Shown piece by piece: positions 10,461 through 20,883 of a stretch of 64,000 bases of DNA. Under the pieces are notes generated by a model, which saw only the letters and a program-made list of their open reading frames with translations, did no database searches and had not been told where the DNA came from. The number at the start of each line of letters is the position of its first letter. The stretch's first letter is position 1. The DNA is taken from contig CBDIID010000003.1 of assembly GCA_965279515.1 (NCBI GenBank), forward strand, positions 96,001 through 160,000. Direction: 5' to 3'. Origin of the DNA: Turneriella sp. Lineage in GTDB: Bacteria > Spirochaetota > Leptospiria > Turneriellales > Turneriellaceae. The position numbers were made by a program, and so were the translations under genes.

Positions 10461-10913
10461 ATGAGGCCAACAAGGATCCATTACTTCTACGCACAAAATT
10501 GGCCGTTAAAGCTTTGGTTCTGTTTTGCAATCTTACTGACGACGATAATTGTTTTGACTCTATCGGACTTAACAATTACAGCTCTTCAGAACTGGCGAGC
10601 TGTCGCTAGATTATTTGCAATATTAGTTTTAGGACCGCTCATTGGCTTTTTTGTAGGCCTATTATTTAGCTCGTTGATTGTCAGCCCTTTATACTTCAGC
10701 CAATTAGAAAAGAATGGAGGCCCTTTTCAAATTGGAGATCAAGTAGAGATACTCGTAAAACCCCACCGCGGACGAATTGTTCGTGTATATGCGCTCGGGC
10801 AAGGTTACAGTGTTCGGGTTGAGCTTGGCGCCGCAGAAAGGGAAAAATTCAAAGATTTCTTTAGCGGTACTGCGCTGCTTTTAAAGACCAGGAATAGCGT
10901 TCTGGGATCTTGA
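10461..10913 (+). CDS. Hypothetical membrane protein with KOW-like C-terminus (inverted cassette)
   Basis: Two TM segments; FQIGDQVEILVKPHRGR. Confidence 0.6.
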   Translation: MRPTRIHYFYAQNWPLKLWFCFAILLTTIIVLTLSDLTITALQNWRAVARLFAILVLGPLIGFFVGLLFSSLIVSPLYFSQLEKNGGPFQIGDQVEILVKPHRGRIVRVYALGQGYSVRVELGAAEREKFKDFFSGTALLLKTRNSVLGS

Positions 10914-10981
10914 GTCTGTCCCAATTTTGTTAATGCGCCGACATGGATGTCGGCGGAGTACATGCCGCAACTATGTCAGAG

Positions 10982-11189
10982 AACGCGGAATTTACCTGAC
11001 ATTTGGTGACACTTATGTCATTAATTCAATCAGGAAAGCCGAATTGTGTCACCAAATGTGCCCGGAGCGCCTCGCGGCAAAGCACAAAACAAGCGTCCCG
11101 CTTGTGCTTTGTCCGCGATCTTCTGGCGCGTAGGGCCGAGCACGCGAGGAGCCACGGCACCGCAGCGAGCGCAGCAGGTAAATTTTGTT
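10982..11189 (-). repeat. attC-like site R9 (C)
   Basis: AAC...GTT; ttggtgacac/gtgtcaccaa hairpin. Confidence 0.85.
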
Positions 11190-11201
11190 GTCTGAAGTGC
11201 G

Positions 11202-11864
11202 CTATTCGGTAATGACATTTGAAGCTATTTTGCAATACCTTGTAAGCTCGGGCTGGATTCTAAGAATTTGGGTCTTTGGGGAAATATAGAATGGAGTAGG
11301 TAAGTCAAGTGATTCCCTATTGATTTTGCGATCACTCTCTTTCGTTGCCATGATTTCAGATTCGTTCTTGAAATAGATATCAAGGAATAATCTATGAGCC
11401 CGCACTGATCGTACGATACGAAATTGACAGAATTTCCAAGAGTCAACCAGGAATGAAGTTTCTTTCAGGCCTGAGATGACAGTTAAATTTCCATTTTTTT
11501 GGAAGGATATTCTCTGAAAATTATTGAGGGCTGGTAGACCGAGCAAGACGGCAAAGACCGTAAAGAACAGGCAAACCCATAGGGGTGCCCATTGATTTCC
11601 AACCTCTGCGGCCATCTCATCGAAGGATTCCGGTCGAAAAAGCCTAGTTCGGGCAAATAAGAACAAGCCCATCAAGGAGAGAAGAAAAAAGAACGCCACG
11701 GCTAACAGATGCAGAAATGTCGGTTGCGTAGTAATGATAAAGTTTTGGCCATTATCTTGAAGCATAATATCGTGCCAGAAAATGAAACAGTAGCCTATTA
11801 CAGATAAAATGAACAGGATCGAAAAAAAAGTAAAGAATCGAGTTGCAATTCGTTTCTTAGACAT
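11202..11864 (-). CDS. Hypothetical membrane protein
   Basis: 220 aa, three TM segments, fills cassette. Confidence 0.7.
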   Translation of the reverse strand: MSKKRIATRFFTFFSILFILSVIGYCFIFWHDIMLQDNGQNFIITTQPTFLHLLAVAFFFLLSLMGLFLFARTRLFRPESFDEMAAEVGNQWAPLWVCLFFTVFAVLLGLPALNNFQRISFQKNGNLTVISGLKETSFLVDSWKFCQFRIVRSVRAHRLFLDIYFKNESEIMATKESDRKINRESLDLPTPFYISPKTQILRIQPELTRYCKIASNVITE

Positions 11865-11884
11865 AACTATAGCGCATTTCAGAC

Positions 11885-12094
11885 AACGTTGGATTTTACG
11901 CTGACGTTTTTTGACGCTTGTGTCATTTATTCAATCTGTAAAGCCGATTTGCGTCAAAAAATGTGGTCGTAGCGGCTCGCGGCGACGCGCGAAAACACAC
12001 CTCCCGGTGTGCGCGTCGTCCGCGATCTTTGCCGCGGAGACCCGAGCACGCGAGGAGCTACGGCACCGCAGCGGCGCAGCGCGTAAAATTTGTT
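11885..12094 (-). repeat. attC-like site R10 (A)
   Basis: AAC...GTT folded repeat. Confidence 0.85.
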
Positions 12095-12189
12095 GGGCGC
12101 CGTTGTCGCTACGTAAAGCTCGGCCAAGGAGGGCCGAGCGTGAGCCTTTTCCCCTGATTATTCGAGAAAATGCTTTTTAGCCTGTTCAC

Positions 12190-12729
12190 ATGAAACAATT
12201 CGGAATTATGTCGCATTGGGGATGGACCATATTTCTTGTCATACTACTTGGGTGTAAAACCGCCCCGCCGGATTCGGTTGAAACGCTTAATGATGTTCAA
12301 TTAGAAGAGGACGAAGACCCCGCTGATTCAACGCGACTTATAATCAAGAAAATTGGACATACAGAGGCCAATGGCTTCAGACAATTAAGTGTACGAATCG
12401 AAATTTCTAGCTACGGCGAAGTTATGCAGTCTTTTCAAGAGCTCTTCATTACTTTTGGCTCGATTGAAAAGCTAGTCTTCGGTGAAAAGATTGCCTATTT
12501 CATTTCATGCGACAGGCAAGGGTCAACTTGGGCTGCCAAGAAAGCCATTATTGTATGGGATAAAGAAGGCATTTGGAGTATTTTGCCGCTGCATTTTGAT
12601 CGCGCCACGCTTCATAAAAATGAGAAGCGTTTCCTGATAGATGAGAAAATTGGCGTGATCGGCGAAAATCCTACTGGGAACCAGCTCTATGAGTTCAATG
12701 ATGGCTTGCTAACATTGTATAAACCCTGA
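12190..12729 (+). CDS. Putative lipoprotein (inverted cassette; same protein at 60030)
   Basis: VILLG-C lipobox-like. Confidence 0.75.
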   Translation: MKQFGIMSHWGWTIFLVILLGCKTAPPDSVETLNDVQLEEDEDPADSTRLIIKKIGHTEANGFRQLSVRIEISSYGEVMQSFQELFITFGSIEKLVFGEKIAYFISCDRQGSTWAAKKAIIVWDKEGIWSILPLHFDRATLHKNEKRFLIDEKIGVIGENPTGNQLYEFNDGLLTLYKP

Positions 12730-12811
12730 CTGACGTCATCCTGTTCAGCTTGCAAACAGGCGCGCAAGGATGCGCGCGAAATCGAAATTGATTTATGCGA
12801 CAATGGCGCCC

Positions 12812-13019
12812 AACGTGGAAAATACCCGAATTGCGCCCTCGCGGGTGTAAAGTGTAAATAATCACGGTTTATGCGACTTTCGTGGGAGCGCATTTGCCCG
12901 GAGCGCCTCGCGAGCCCGCCAATGCAGGCCCACTGGCCTGCGGGCGCAGCGATCTTTGGCGCGCAGGGCCGAGCACGCGACCCAACGTAGTGGTCGCGGC
13001 GCAGCGGGTATTTTTTGTT
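12812..13019 (-). repeat. attC-like site R11 (E)
   Basis: AAC...GTT; aaaatacccg/cgggtatttt outer stem. Confidence 0.85.
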
Positions 13020-13346
13020 CTCTGCCGTTGTTGACCGCGGTTACCTGCGCGGCCATGGCGTTTTACATGCCGACCCAACCGGGCAAGAGCGCCGTCGGTT
13101 AAACTTTATTTAATTTCAAAAGCCAAGCTTTGACTTGCTAAGTGTAGCATTCGATATAACCAAAGATTGCCTTGCAATCTTTGTCGGCAGCTTACGGCAG
13201 AAAGCAAGGCGTGTAATACGCCGTGGTCTTTGCCGCGCTTGTGCTAAACCTCTTCGCGCCAAAGTTCTTAGGGGGAGGGCAACCATTGCCCAGGTTAACG
13301 CCTTTGTCTTTTGCGCGCTCGTGGGAGCGAGGCAACAATGGCAGAG
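13020..13346. other. Gene-less cassette type B, copy 1 (candidate structured ncRNA)
   Basis: No credible ORF; many hairpins; near-identical copy at 40396-40710. Confidence 0.65.
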
Positions 13347-13553
13347 AACGTGGAATTTACCTGAGGTTGAGTGACGCTTTGTTCAGCTTTGTATTTTGTA
13401 AAGCCATATTGCGTCACTCAATCTGCCCGGAGCGCCTCGCGGCAAAGCACAAAACAAGCGGCCCGCTTGTGCTTTGTCCGCGATCTTTGGCGCGTAGGGC
13501 CGAGCACGCGAGGAGCCACGGCACCGCAGCGAGCGCAGCAGGTAAATTTTGTT
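13347..13553 (-). repeat. attC-like site R12 (B)
   Basis: AAC...GTT folded repeat. Confidence 0.85.
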
Positions 13554-13634
13554 GTCTGAAGTTGCCATGCAATTAGGTTTTTTCGACTTTGGACCACAAT
13601 CCCCTTAGGTCGGCCAATTCTTTTCGGGCAATCT

Positions 13635-14075
13635 CTACATATGGCTCAGAGTCGAGCCCATGTCCGGACTGAGTATTTCATTATTGATCTTCACCATAAT
13701 TTTACTGGGATCGACAGTAATTCGTTGAGAAATATTTGGTCGAATTCTAAGGCTTAGTATCGTATCGTCTTTGTTGTTTTCTTCTGGGAAGTAGTAGTAA
13801 GAAACTATTCCTGGCACCCAGGGAATAATAGGGAATACGGGCCCAACCCAGAATGTTTCAATTCGATCAGGTCGTATTCTCAAGCCCAAATCTACTGCTT
13901 TTGTTTCGTAATAGAAATTCAAGATCTTGAATTCTTTCAGATTTGAATACCCGCCAAAAAGAGTGGTTCTTTCCAATTCTTTTGCCGGTTTTTCTGCAGC
14001 TCGATAAATAAATTTATTATATGAGATGCAAGAAAAAAGAAGTAATGGAAAAAGGAATGGGAATAATTTACTCAT
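13635..14075 (-). CDS. Putative lipoprotein
   Basis: LLLFS-C lipobox. Confidence 0.7.
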   Translation of the reverse strand: MSKLFPFLFPLLLFSCISYNKFIYRAAEKPAKELERTTLFGGYSNLKEFKILNFYYETKAVDLGLRIRPDRIETFWVGPVFPIIPWVPGIVSYYYFPEENNKDDTILSLRIRPNISQRITVDPSKIMVKINNEILSPDMGSTLSHM

Positions 14076-14090
14076 ATGACAATTGCAGCT

Positions 14091-14298
14091 AACGTGGATT
14101 TTACGCTGACGTTTTTTGACGCCTGCGTCATTTATTCAATTTGTAAAGCCGATTTGCGTCAAAAAATGTGGTCGTAGCGGCTCGCAGTGGCGCGCAAAAG
14201 CAAGCGTCCCGCTTGCGCGACATCTGCGATCTTTGCCGCGGAGACCCGAGCACGCGAGGAGCTACTGCACCGCAGCGGCGCAGCGCGTAAAATTTGTT
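14091..14298 (-). repeat. attC-like site R13 (A variant)
   Basis: AAC...GTT folded repeat. Confidence 0.85.
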
Positions 14299-14420
14299 AG
14301 GCGACGTTGCCGCGAGCTCGGGTCGGGCAAGGAGGCCCGAACCGAATCCCGAGTAACGGCGGGGTTGCAAACTTCGTTTACATGATAAATGTTTTAAATT
14401 TTTGCGAATTTAAGATTAAT

Positions 14421-14840
14421 ATGAAAACCGGCGCTAAGATTCTTTTATGTTATGAAGCAATTATTTTGGTAGCTCTAAGTTACATTGTTACTGATTTTTT
14501 CAGGCATGATACTAGGATATCAGGTAAGGTAGTAGGGAAAACTGATACGCTGAATAAAGGGCGCTTAGCTACATACCTAGATGTGCAATACTCATTTGAA
14601 GGTTCTAAGTATACCGGGCAAGCAAACTATCCGTTTAGAAGCGACGAAAAGCGGCCATTGATTGAAGATCAGGTGGAAATTAAGCTAAATAGCAAAAAGC
14701 CAGATAGTTTCTTTTTACCTCGGTACAATCTGTATTTAAGTGGCATAATTGCCCTAACACTTCTCGGTGCATTCGGATTTGTCATAGCTTATGTCATTAA
14801 GAATATGCCGATTTCTGAAAATCGGTCTGAAGGAGAATAA
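14421..14840 (+). CDS. DUF3592-like membrane protein (inverted cassette)
   Basis: TM, GKVVG...VQYSFEGSKY beta region, TM. Confidence 0.6.
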   Translation: MKTGAKILLCYEAIILVALSYIVTDFFRHDTRISGKVVGKTDTLNKGRLATYLDVQYSFEGSKYTGQANYPFRSDEKRPLIEDQVEIKLNSKKPDSFFLPRYNLYLSGIIALTLLGAFGFVIAYVIKNMPISENRSEGE

Positions 14841-14908
14841 GTATCAAAACGAAATGCCGCGCCCGCACGGATGCGGGCGAAAAAAATGCGACGCGGCAAT
14901 GTTCGCCT

Positions 14909-15117
14909 AACGTGGAAAATACCCGAATTGCGCCCGCGCGGGTGTAAAGTGTAAATAATCACGGTTTTATGCGACTTTCGTGGGAGCGCATTTGCCCGTA
15001 GCGCCTCGCGAGCCCGCCAATGCAGGCCCACTGGCCTGCGGGCGTAGCGATCTTCGGCGCGTAGGGCCGAGCACGCGACCCAGCGTAGCGGTCGCGGCGC
15101 AGCGGGTATTTTTTGTT
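14909..15117 (-). repeat. attC-like site R14 (E)
   Basis: AAC...GTT folded repeat. Confidence 0.85.
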
Positions 15118-15305
15118 AGCCGCCGTTACCGGATTCGCGCGGCTGGCGAACAACCCGAAGGTCAGCTATATACTGTATTTCGATCTTATTAGTCACCGAG
15201 GAGTTGTCGCCAGGATCAAAGGCGTAAGCAGCGAAATCTGGCTGTATTTTCTGATAAAAAATCCTCTTTTTCTCCCCTTCGGGCGCGAAGGAGGTAATGG
15301 TGGCT
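15118..15305. other. Gene-less cassette type A, copy 1
   Basis: 188-bp ORF-less cassette, five copies in window. Confidence 0.75.
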
Positions 15306-15517
15306 AACGTGGAAAATACCCGAATTGCGCCCCCGCGGCTGTAAAGTGTAAATAATCACGGCTTTATGCGACTTTCGCGGGAGCGCATTTGCCCGTAGCG
15401 CCTCGCGAGCCTGCCAAAAGCACACCTCCCGGTGTGGCAGGCGCAGCGATCTTTGGCGCGTAGGGCCGAGCACGCCCGCCAACGAAGTGCGGGCGAGCGG
15501 AGCGGGTATTTTTTGTT
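15306..15517 (-). repeat. attC-like site R15 (E mosaic)
   Basis: AAC...GTT folded repeat. Confidence 0.85.
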
Positions 15518-15623
15518 AGGCGCCGTTTGGCGGATATCAGGGGAAAAGCTTGCCAGCCATGGAGGGCTGGCAAGAAGCCTAAAAAAAGATGACATGCAGA
15601 GGGCACTTTTATATGTTTTGCCT

Positions 15624-15836
15624 ATGTCTGTCTCTACTGATCCGAAAGTTATGGGTGGAAAGCCATGTATCACCGGCACTCGAGTAACAGTAGGTGTCAT
15701 TTTAGGTTTAATAGCAAGCGGCAGGACTAATTCGGAAATTCTCGCCGCATACCCATATTTAACAGAGAAAGGCATACGCGAAGCGATAGAGTATGCGGCT
15801 TGGCGTATGCAAGAGCAAGAAGTCGCTCTAAACTAA
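15624..15836 (+). CDS. DUF433 antitoxin
   Basis: DPKVMGGKPCITGTRVTV...ILAAYPYLT. Confidence 0.85.
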   Translation: MSVSTDPKVMGGKPCITGTRVTVGVILGLIASGRTNSEILAAYPYLTEKGIREAIEYAAWRMQEQEVALN

Positions 15837-15839
15837 CCC

Positions 15840-16208
15840 TTGAAGTTACTGATTGATATGAATTTGTCACCCGCATGGGTGAAATTCTTAGCGGATAATG
15901 GCTTTGAAGCAATTCATTGGTCGAGAATCGGCGCTGGCAATGCACCTGACGAAGACCTTATGTCCTGGGCTGTTGCCAATAAGCATATTGTTTTCACCGA
16001 AGATTTAGACTTTTCTGAGCTCATCGCTTTGACCAACGCAAAAGAACCAAGCATACTTCAAATTCGCAGTCAGGATAACCTGCCCGATGCGGCTGGTCAT
16101 TTCGTGCTCACGGCATTGAATCGATTTGGACCGGAACTCGAATCAGGTGCAATTGTTGTCCTGGATCAGAAAAAATCTCGCGCCCGCATTTTACCATTTC
16201 AAAAATAG
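15840..16208 (+). CDS. DUF5615 PIN-like toxin
   Basis: MKLLIDMNLSP...TEDLDFSEL. Confidence 0.85.
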   Translation: MKLLIDMNLSPAWVKFLADNGFEAIHWSRIGAGNAPDEDLMSWAVANKHIVFTEDLDFSELIALTNAKEPSILQIRSQDNLPDAAGHFVLTALNRFGPELESGAIVVLDQKKSRARILPFQK

Positions 16209-16261
16209 CCCGACCATGGATGGTCGGGAGATCAAATAGGAGCCACCGACAAATGGTGCCT

Positions 16262-16469
16262 AACGTGGAATTTACCTGAGGTTGAGTGACGCTTCGTTCA
16301 ACTTTGTGTTCTGTAAAGCCATTTTGCGTCACTCAATCTGCCCGAAGCGCCTCGCGGCAAAGCACAAAACAAGCGTCCCGCTTGTGCTTTGTCCGCGATC
16401 TTCTGGCGCGTAGGGCCGAGCACGCGAGGAGCCACGGCACCGCAGCGAGCGCAGCAGGTAAATTTTGTT
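16262..16469 (-). repeat. attC-like site R16 (B)
   Basis: AAC...GTT folded repeat. Confidence 0.85.
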
Positions 16470-16509
16470 GTCTGAAGTGCCGCAATTCGGATTCTTAAAG
16501 TCGCGGCCA

Positions 16510-17022
16510 TCAGGGCCCACCACCCACGGGACCAACATCCATACCATCGTAGGATGCTAACCCCATTTTTACAGCAAAATCATGTAACTCAGAGTTCCGT
16601 TTATTTAACGATTCAACGGTATGTACCTCTACTTTCTCTACATGAAGCCACCAGATTTTTGAATCATCGTCGGATTTGTGAATATTGTTAAAATGGTAAC
16701 CTTTGCTCAAAAGCGCTTTTTTAGCGCTTTCGAGTAACTTGCGATCTGCATCCGTAAAGAAATATCCCCAAAGAAGGGGTTTCTTTAGGTCTATAGAGGG
16801 TTCGCTCTTAAGCTTTGCGAACAAATCTTCCAGGATTTCGATGGAAATGTTGTTCTTCCCCGCACTCATCGTGGCTCTGCTTTTCTTAGAAGGACTTGGG
16901 GTACCATCCTGACATTGTACGTATGCAACTGCGAGGAAGATTGTCAATAATTGCCGGGTTCGGAAGACCAAGTTCATCGTTTGATTGTCATTCCCGATTT
17001 TTGGCCGCGTCGGATAAAGCAT
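16510..17022 (-). CDS. RraB-like domain protein, possibly a lipoprotein
   Basis: LLWGYFFTD...WWLHVEKVE...SYDGMDVG; start uncertain. Confidence 0.65.
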   Translation of the reverse strand: MLYPTRPKIGNDNQTMNLVFRTRQLLTIFLAVAYVQCQDGTPSPSKKSRATMSAGKNNISIEILEDLFAKLKSEPSIDLKKPLLWGYFFTDADRKLLESAKKALLSKGYHFNNIHKSDDDSKIWWLHVEKVEVHTVESLNKRNSELHDFAVKMGLASYDGMDVGPVGGGP

Positions 17023-17043
17023 ATTTATTGCGGCATTTCAGAC

Positions 17044-17252
17044 AACGTGGAAAATACCCGAATTGCGCCCGCGCGGGTGTAAAGTGTAAATAATCACGGT
17101 TTTATGCGACTTTCGTGGGAGCGCATTTGCCCGTAGCGCCTCGCGAGCCCGCCAATGCAGGCCCACTGGCCTGCGGGCGTAGCGATCTTCGGCGCGTAGG
17201 GCCGAGCACGCGACCCAGCGTAGCGGTCGCGGCGCAGCGGGTATTTTTTGTT
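17044..17252 (-). repeat. attC-like site R17 (E)
   Basis: AAC...GTT folded repeat. Confidence 0.85.
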
Positions 17253-17434
17253 AGCCGCCGTTACCGGATTCGCGCGGCTGGCGAACAACCCGAAGGTCAG
17301 CTATATACTGTATTTCGATCTTATTAGTCACCGAGGAGTTGTCGCCAGGATCAAAGGCGTAAGCAGCGAAATCTGGCTGTATTTTCTGATAAAAAATCCT
17401 CTTTTTCTCCCCTTCGGGCGCAAGTATTGCCGAC
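17253..17434. other. Gene-less cassette type A, copy 2 (right end replaced)
   Basis: Matches copy 1 until ...gggcgc, then foreign end aagtattgccgac. Confidence 0.75.
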
Positions 17435-17642
17435 AACGTGGAATTTACCTGACGTTTGGTGACACTTATGTCATTAATTCAATCAGGAAAGCCGCCTTGT
17501 GTCACCAAATGTGCCCGAAGCGCCTCGCGGCAAAGCACAAAACAAGCGTCCCGCTTGTGCTTTGTCCGCGATCTTCTGGCGCGTAGGGCCGAGCACCCGA
17601 GGAGCTACGGCACCGCAGGGAGCGCAGCAGGTAAATTTTGTT
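17435..17642 (-). repeat. attC-like site R18 (C)
   Basis: AAC...GTT folded repeat. Confidence 0.85.
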
Positions 17643-17656
17643 GGCCGCCGTTAGCG

Positions 17657-18322
17657 TCACCAAAGCCCCTTTTCTCGCTGTTTTCTTATCGTAGCAATCA
17701 TTTTTGCCCTGTACTCCCCTGGATCACCTGATAGTAGGGACTCTGCCAGATTCTTATCCTTCAAGTTTCCTGATTTAGTTTTTAGGAATTGTCGAATCTG
17801 TTTATGATTCTTGGCGTTGCTGCAAATTGACCACTGGGCAGATGCGCCGATTAAGTATTCATTTAGTGATTTCAAGTCCATGCCGCGCTCGGCTGCCATG
17901 AAAAGCTCCTGTAGGTACTTGTCATTCCCTGTTGAAAAAAATGACCCCCAAAGTGCATCATTTCGTCCCGGCGAAGGCGGGAATTCTGCAAGGAGTCTTT
18001 CGTGATCGGCTCTTAATATCACGATCAAGGCTGCTTTTGCGTTTTCTGGCGCTGAATTTATGACTTTTGAAAACCCATTCTTCAGATTTGGATTGTCTTG
18101 CAGGATTCTAGTGAAAAAGACATTTAGTGGTGCTTGACCGTTTGGGCTATCAGCGGCAAACGCAGAATATATTTTTAGAAATTTTACTGCATCTTGTGGT
18201 TTAGGCTGCATGTAATAGCTATTTATGAACTCATCGAGGTTGGATTTCTCCTCAAGCTCAGCCGAGTAAATGTGAATGCTCGTAAGTAGCAAAAAAGCCC
18301 AAACTTTGTAAGCGAATTTCAT
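17657..18322 (-). CDS. Hypothetical exported protein
   Basis: Signal peptide; DALWGSFFSTG motif. Confidence 0.7.
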   Translation of the reverse strand: MKFAYKVWAFLLLTSIHIYSAELEEKSNLDEFINSYYMQPKPQDAVKFLKIYSAFAADSPNGQAPLNVFFTRILQDNPNLKNGFSKVINSAPENAKAALIVILRADHERLLAEFPPSPGRNDALWGSFFSTGNDKYLQELFMAAERGMDLKSLNEYLIGASAQWSICSNAKNHKQIRQFLKTKSGNLKDKNLAESLLSGDPGEYRAKMIATIRKQREKGLW

Positions 18323-18351
18323 TGAGAACTCCTTGATAGCTAATGGCGGCC

Positions 18352-18559
18352 AACGTGGAATTTACCTGACGATTGGTGACACTTGTGTCATTAATTCAAT
18401 CAGGAAAGCCGAATTGTGTCACCAATTGTGCCCGGAGCGCCTCGCGGCAAAGCACAAAACAAGCGTCCCGCTTGTGCTTTGTCCGCGATCTTCTGGCGCG
18501 TAGGGCCGAGCACGCGAGGAGCTACGGCACCGCAGCGAGCGCAGCAGGTAAATTTTGTT
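18352..18559 (-). repeat. attC-like site R19 (C)
   Basis: AAC...GTT folded repeat. Confidence 0.85.
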
Positions 18560-18582
18560 GGGTGCCGTACCGCATCGGTAAA

Positions 18583-19110
18583 TTATCTCTTCTTGAATCC
18601 TGGTTCGCTCAGGCTGATAATGCGCAGCATATCACCGCGATGCGGATTCAAAATCGTCGCTTCTAGGGTTTCCTCAAGGATTTTGGCGGCTCTATCATCG
18701 ATCTTTTTTACAATGATTATGGCTGATATATATTCCAGCGGATCGGTGTCAGATGATTTTGGGTCATAGTTGAATTTGATTGTACGTTTCTTGTAGTATG
18801 CCCGCAGGTAATCTCTGTCTTTATAACCGGGAGGAATATTTGGCTCACTGCCCGCCGGACCGTCAGGCGGGAAGCCCGTACCGTGAAAAAGTTCAGTATC
18901 ATCGTTTTTTGACGTAATCGTGCGCGTCTTGGCTCGATGTGCATAGGTATGAATCTCGAAATCTTTATAATCAAGTTTCTGCAATAAATTCGTGATATCC
19001 GTTCGGGCCTTTTGGGCCTGCTGTTCTAAGTTAGATGTCTCGGGCCTACAGGCCCAAGAAAGCATCAGGGGCAGCAGTATCGTAGTCAGCTTTAGTTTAC
19101 TTTGTGGCAT
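18583..19110 (-). CDS. Putative lipoprotein
   Basis: LSWA-C lipobox-like. Confidence 0.7.
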   Translation of the reverse strand: MPQSKLKLTTILLPLMLSWACRPETSNLEQQAQKARTDITNLLQKLDYKDFEIHTYAHRAKTRTITSKNDDTELFHGTGFPPDGPAGSEPNIPPGYKDRDYLRAYYKKRTIKFNYDPKSSDTDPLEYISAIIIVKKIDDRAAKILEETLEATILNPHRGDMLRIISLSEPGFKKR

Positions 19111-19169
19111 CTTTTCATTCCTTTAAGGATAAATCTCTTAGTACAGCATGTTTTTGCGGTATGGCACCC

Positions 19170-19376
19170 AACGTGGAAAATACCCGAATTGCGCCCCCGC
19201 GGGTGTAAAGTGCAAATAATCACGGTTTATGCGACTTTCGTGGAGCGCATTTGCCCGTAGCGCCTCGCGAGCCCGCCAATGCAGGCCCACTGGCCTGCGG
19301 GCGCAGCGATCTTTGGCGCGCAGGGCCGAGCACGCGACCCAACGTAGTGGTCGCGGCGCAGCGGGTATTTTTTGTT
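19170..19376 (-). repeat. attC-like site R20 (E)
   Basis: AAC...GTT folded repeat. Confidence 0.85.
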
Positions 19377-19564
19377 AGCCGCCGTTACCGGATTCGCGCG
19401 GCTGGCGAACAACCCGAAGGTCGGCTATATACTGTAGTTCGATCTTCTTAGTCACCGAGGAGTTGTCGCCAGGATCAAAGGCGTAAGCAGCAAGAGCCGG
19501 CTGTACTCTCTGACAACAAATCCTCTTCTTCTCCCCTTCGGGCGCGAAGGAGGTAATGGTGGCT
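19377..19564. other. Gene-less cassette type A, copy 3
   Basis: Diverged copy of 15118-15305. Confidence 0.75.
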
Positions 19565-19779
19565 AACGGTGGATTTACCTGACGTTGATGGTGCGCCGCA
19601 CAATAATTACAGACTTATTCGTTAAGCGCATATCAAGCACCATCGATGTGTCGAGGCGGCTGCGTTGCGCCCGACCAAACAAACGTCCCGTTTGTCGGGC
19701 GTCAACGCATTTCATGCCGCCGAGACCGAGCACGCGAGGAGCCACGGCACCGCAGCGAGCGCAGCAGGTAAATCTTGTT
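19565..19779 (-). repeat. attC-like site R21 (divergent)
   Basis: AAC...GTT folded repeat. Confidence 0.8.
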
Positions 19780-19859
19780 CTCTGCCGTGATTTGACCGGC
19801 TAAGTTCGGCCAGCAGCTCTTGCCGTTTCGCCAAGGATGGCGAAACGGCGCAATATTCT

Positions 19860-20066
19860 TCAGGTGCCGTCTGTCTTTTTGGCGTATTCAGTGGCCAATT
19901 GGCTAATCTGATCGCCAGACATTCCCGCAAAGAGGTCTTGCCGCCACTTAGTGTAGTCGAATCGATCTCGCTGAATTAGGGAGACAAAACGCTCAGCCTC
20001 GACTAAGCCAAGATCGTTGCTCAAGGCTTTCATGCCCTTCACTTTTATTTCTGTATCTGTCATCAT
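19860..20066 (-). CDS. Small putative antitoxin
   Basis: TDTEIKVKGMKAL...LGLVEAERFVSLIQRDRFDYTKWRQ; coupled to PIN gene. Confidence 0.7.
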   Translation of the reverse strand: MMTDTEIKVKGMKALSNDLGLVEAERFVSLIQRDRFDYTKWRQDLFAGMSGDQISQLATEYAKKTDGT

Positions 20067-20503
20067 CTTACGACCTCCGGCAGTTCCAAGAAATCAATTG
20101 GATTGATTACCCTTATGCCTTGAATACGATCTTGCTTATTTATGATCCCTTTATCAACAGTGATAAAATATGCACATTTACTAGCTATCGCACAGGAAAT
20201 ATGAAGGGCATCAAGCGATTTTATCCCTTTGGATTCAAGATCGCGCATTTCTTCAAGGATTTCAGGCGTTTGGGCCACATCGACTTTGGCAATGCCACGC
20301 CAATGCCGTATTTCTTCGCGGCGCTCTTCATGTGGATTTTGACCATTTTCAAAGGTAAGGATATACGACCAAACAAGGTCAAATTCGCCTTCTCTGATTC
20401 TATTTTGGATTTCAAGCTTCACCTCAGTTTCAAGCCGAACCCGTAATGAATCCTGGTCGTCATACGGCCGATTAAAGCAGCAGTTATCGAGATAGATTTT
20501 CAT
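20063..20503 (-). CDS. PIN-domain toxin
   Basis: IYLDNCCFNRPYDD...LDALHISCA...FITVD. Confidence 0.85.
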   Translation of the reverse strand: MKIYLDNCCFNRPYDDQDSLRVRLETEVKLEIQNRIREGEFDLVWSYILTFENGQNPHEERREEIRHWRGIAKVDVAQTPEILEEMRDLESKGIKSLDALHISCAIASKCAYFITVDKGIINKQDRIQGIRVINPIDFLELPEVVR

Positions 20504-20638
20504 GCTTTTTGTCCAAGTACCCTAGAAAATGTCGGAAAGCTGTCCGGTCAACCGCCTTTCCATTCGGAATGTCTTGAGCAACACGGCCGACATGGAGGTC
20601 GGCCGCCAAAACTCTTGGCCGGGCAAGTCATGGCAGAG

Positions 20639-20824
20639 AACGCGGATTTTACAAGACGTTTTGACTTGGAGCGTCTTCGCTTCAAGTCAAAATGTGCCCG
20701 GAGCCACTCGCGGCAAAGCGCAAAACAAGCGTCCCGCTTGCGCTTTGTCCGCGATCTTCGTGGCGGAGCGGCCGAGCACCCGAGGAGCTACGGCACCGCA
20801 GGGGCGCAGCTTGTAAAATTTGTT
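20639..20824 (-). repeat. attC-like site R22 (short variant)
   Basis: AAC...GTT; ttttgacttg/caagtcaaaa hairpin. Confidence 0.8.
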
Positions 20825-20883
20825 GTCTGAAGTTTCGCGACCATGGGGGAAATATCGCCGCTGCCAAGGATGGCAAGGCGATG

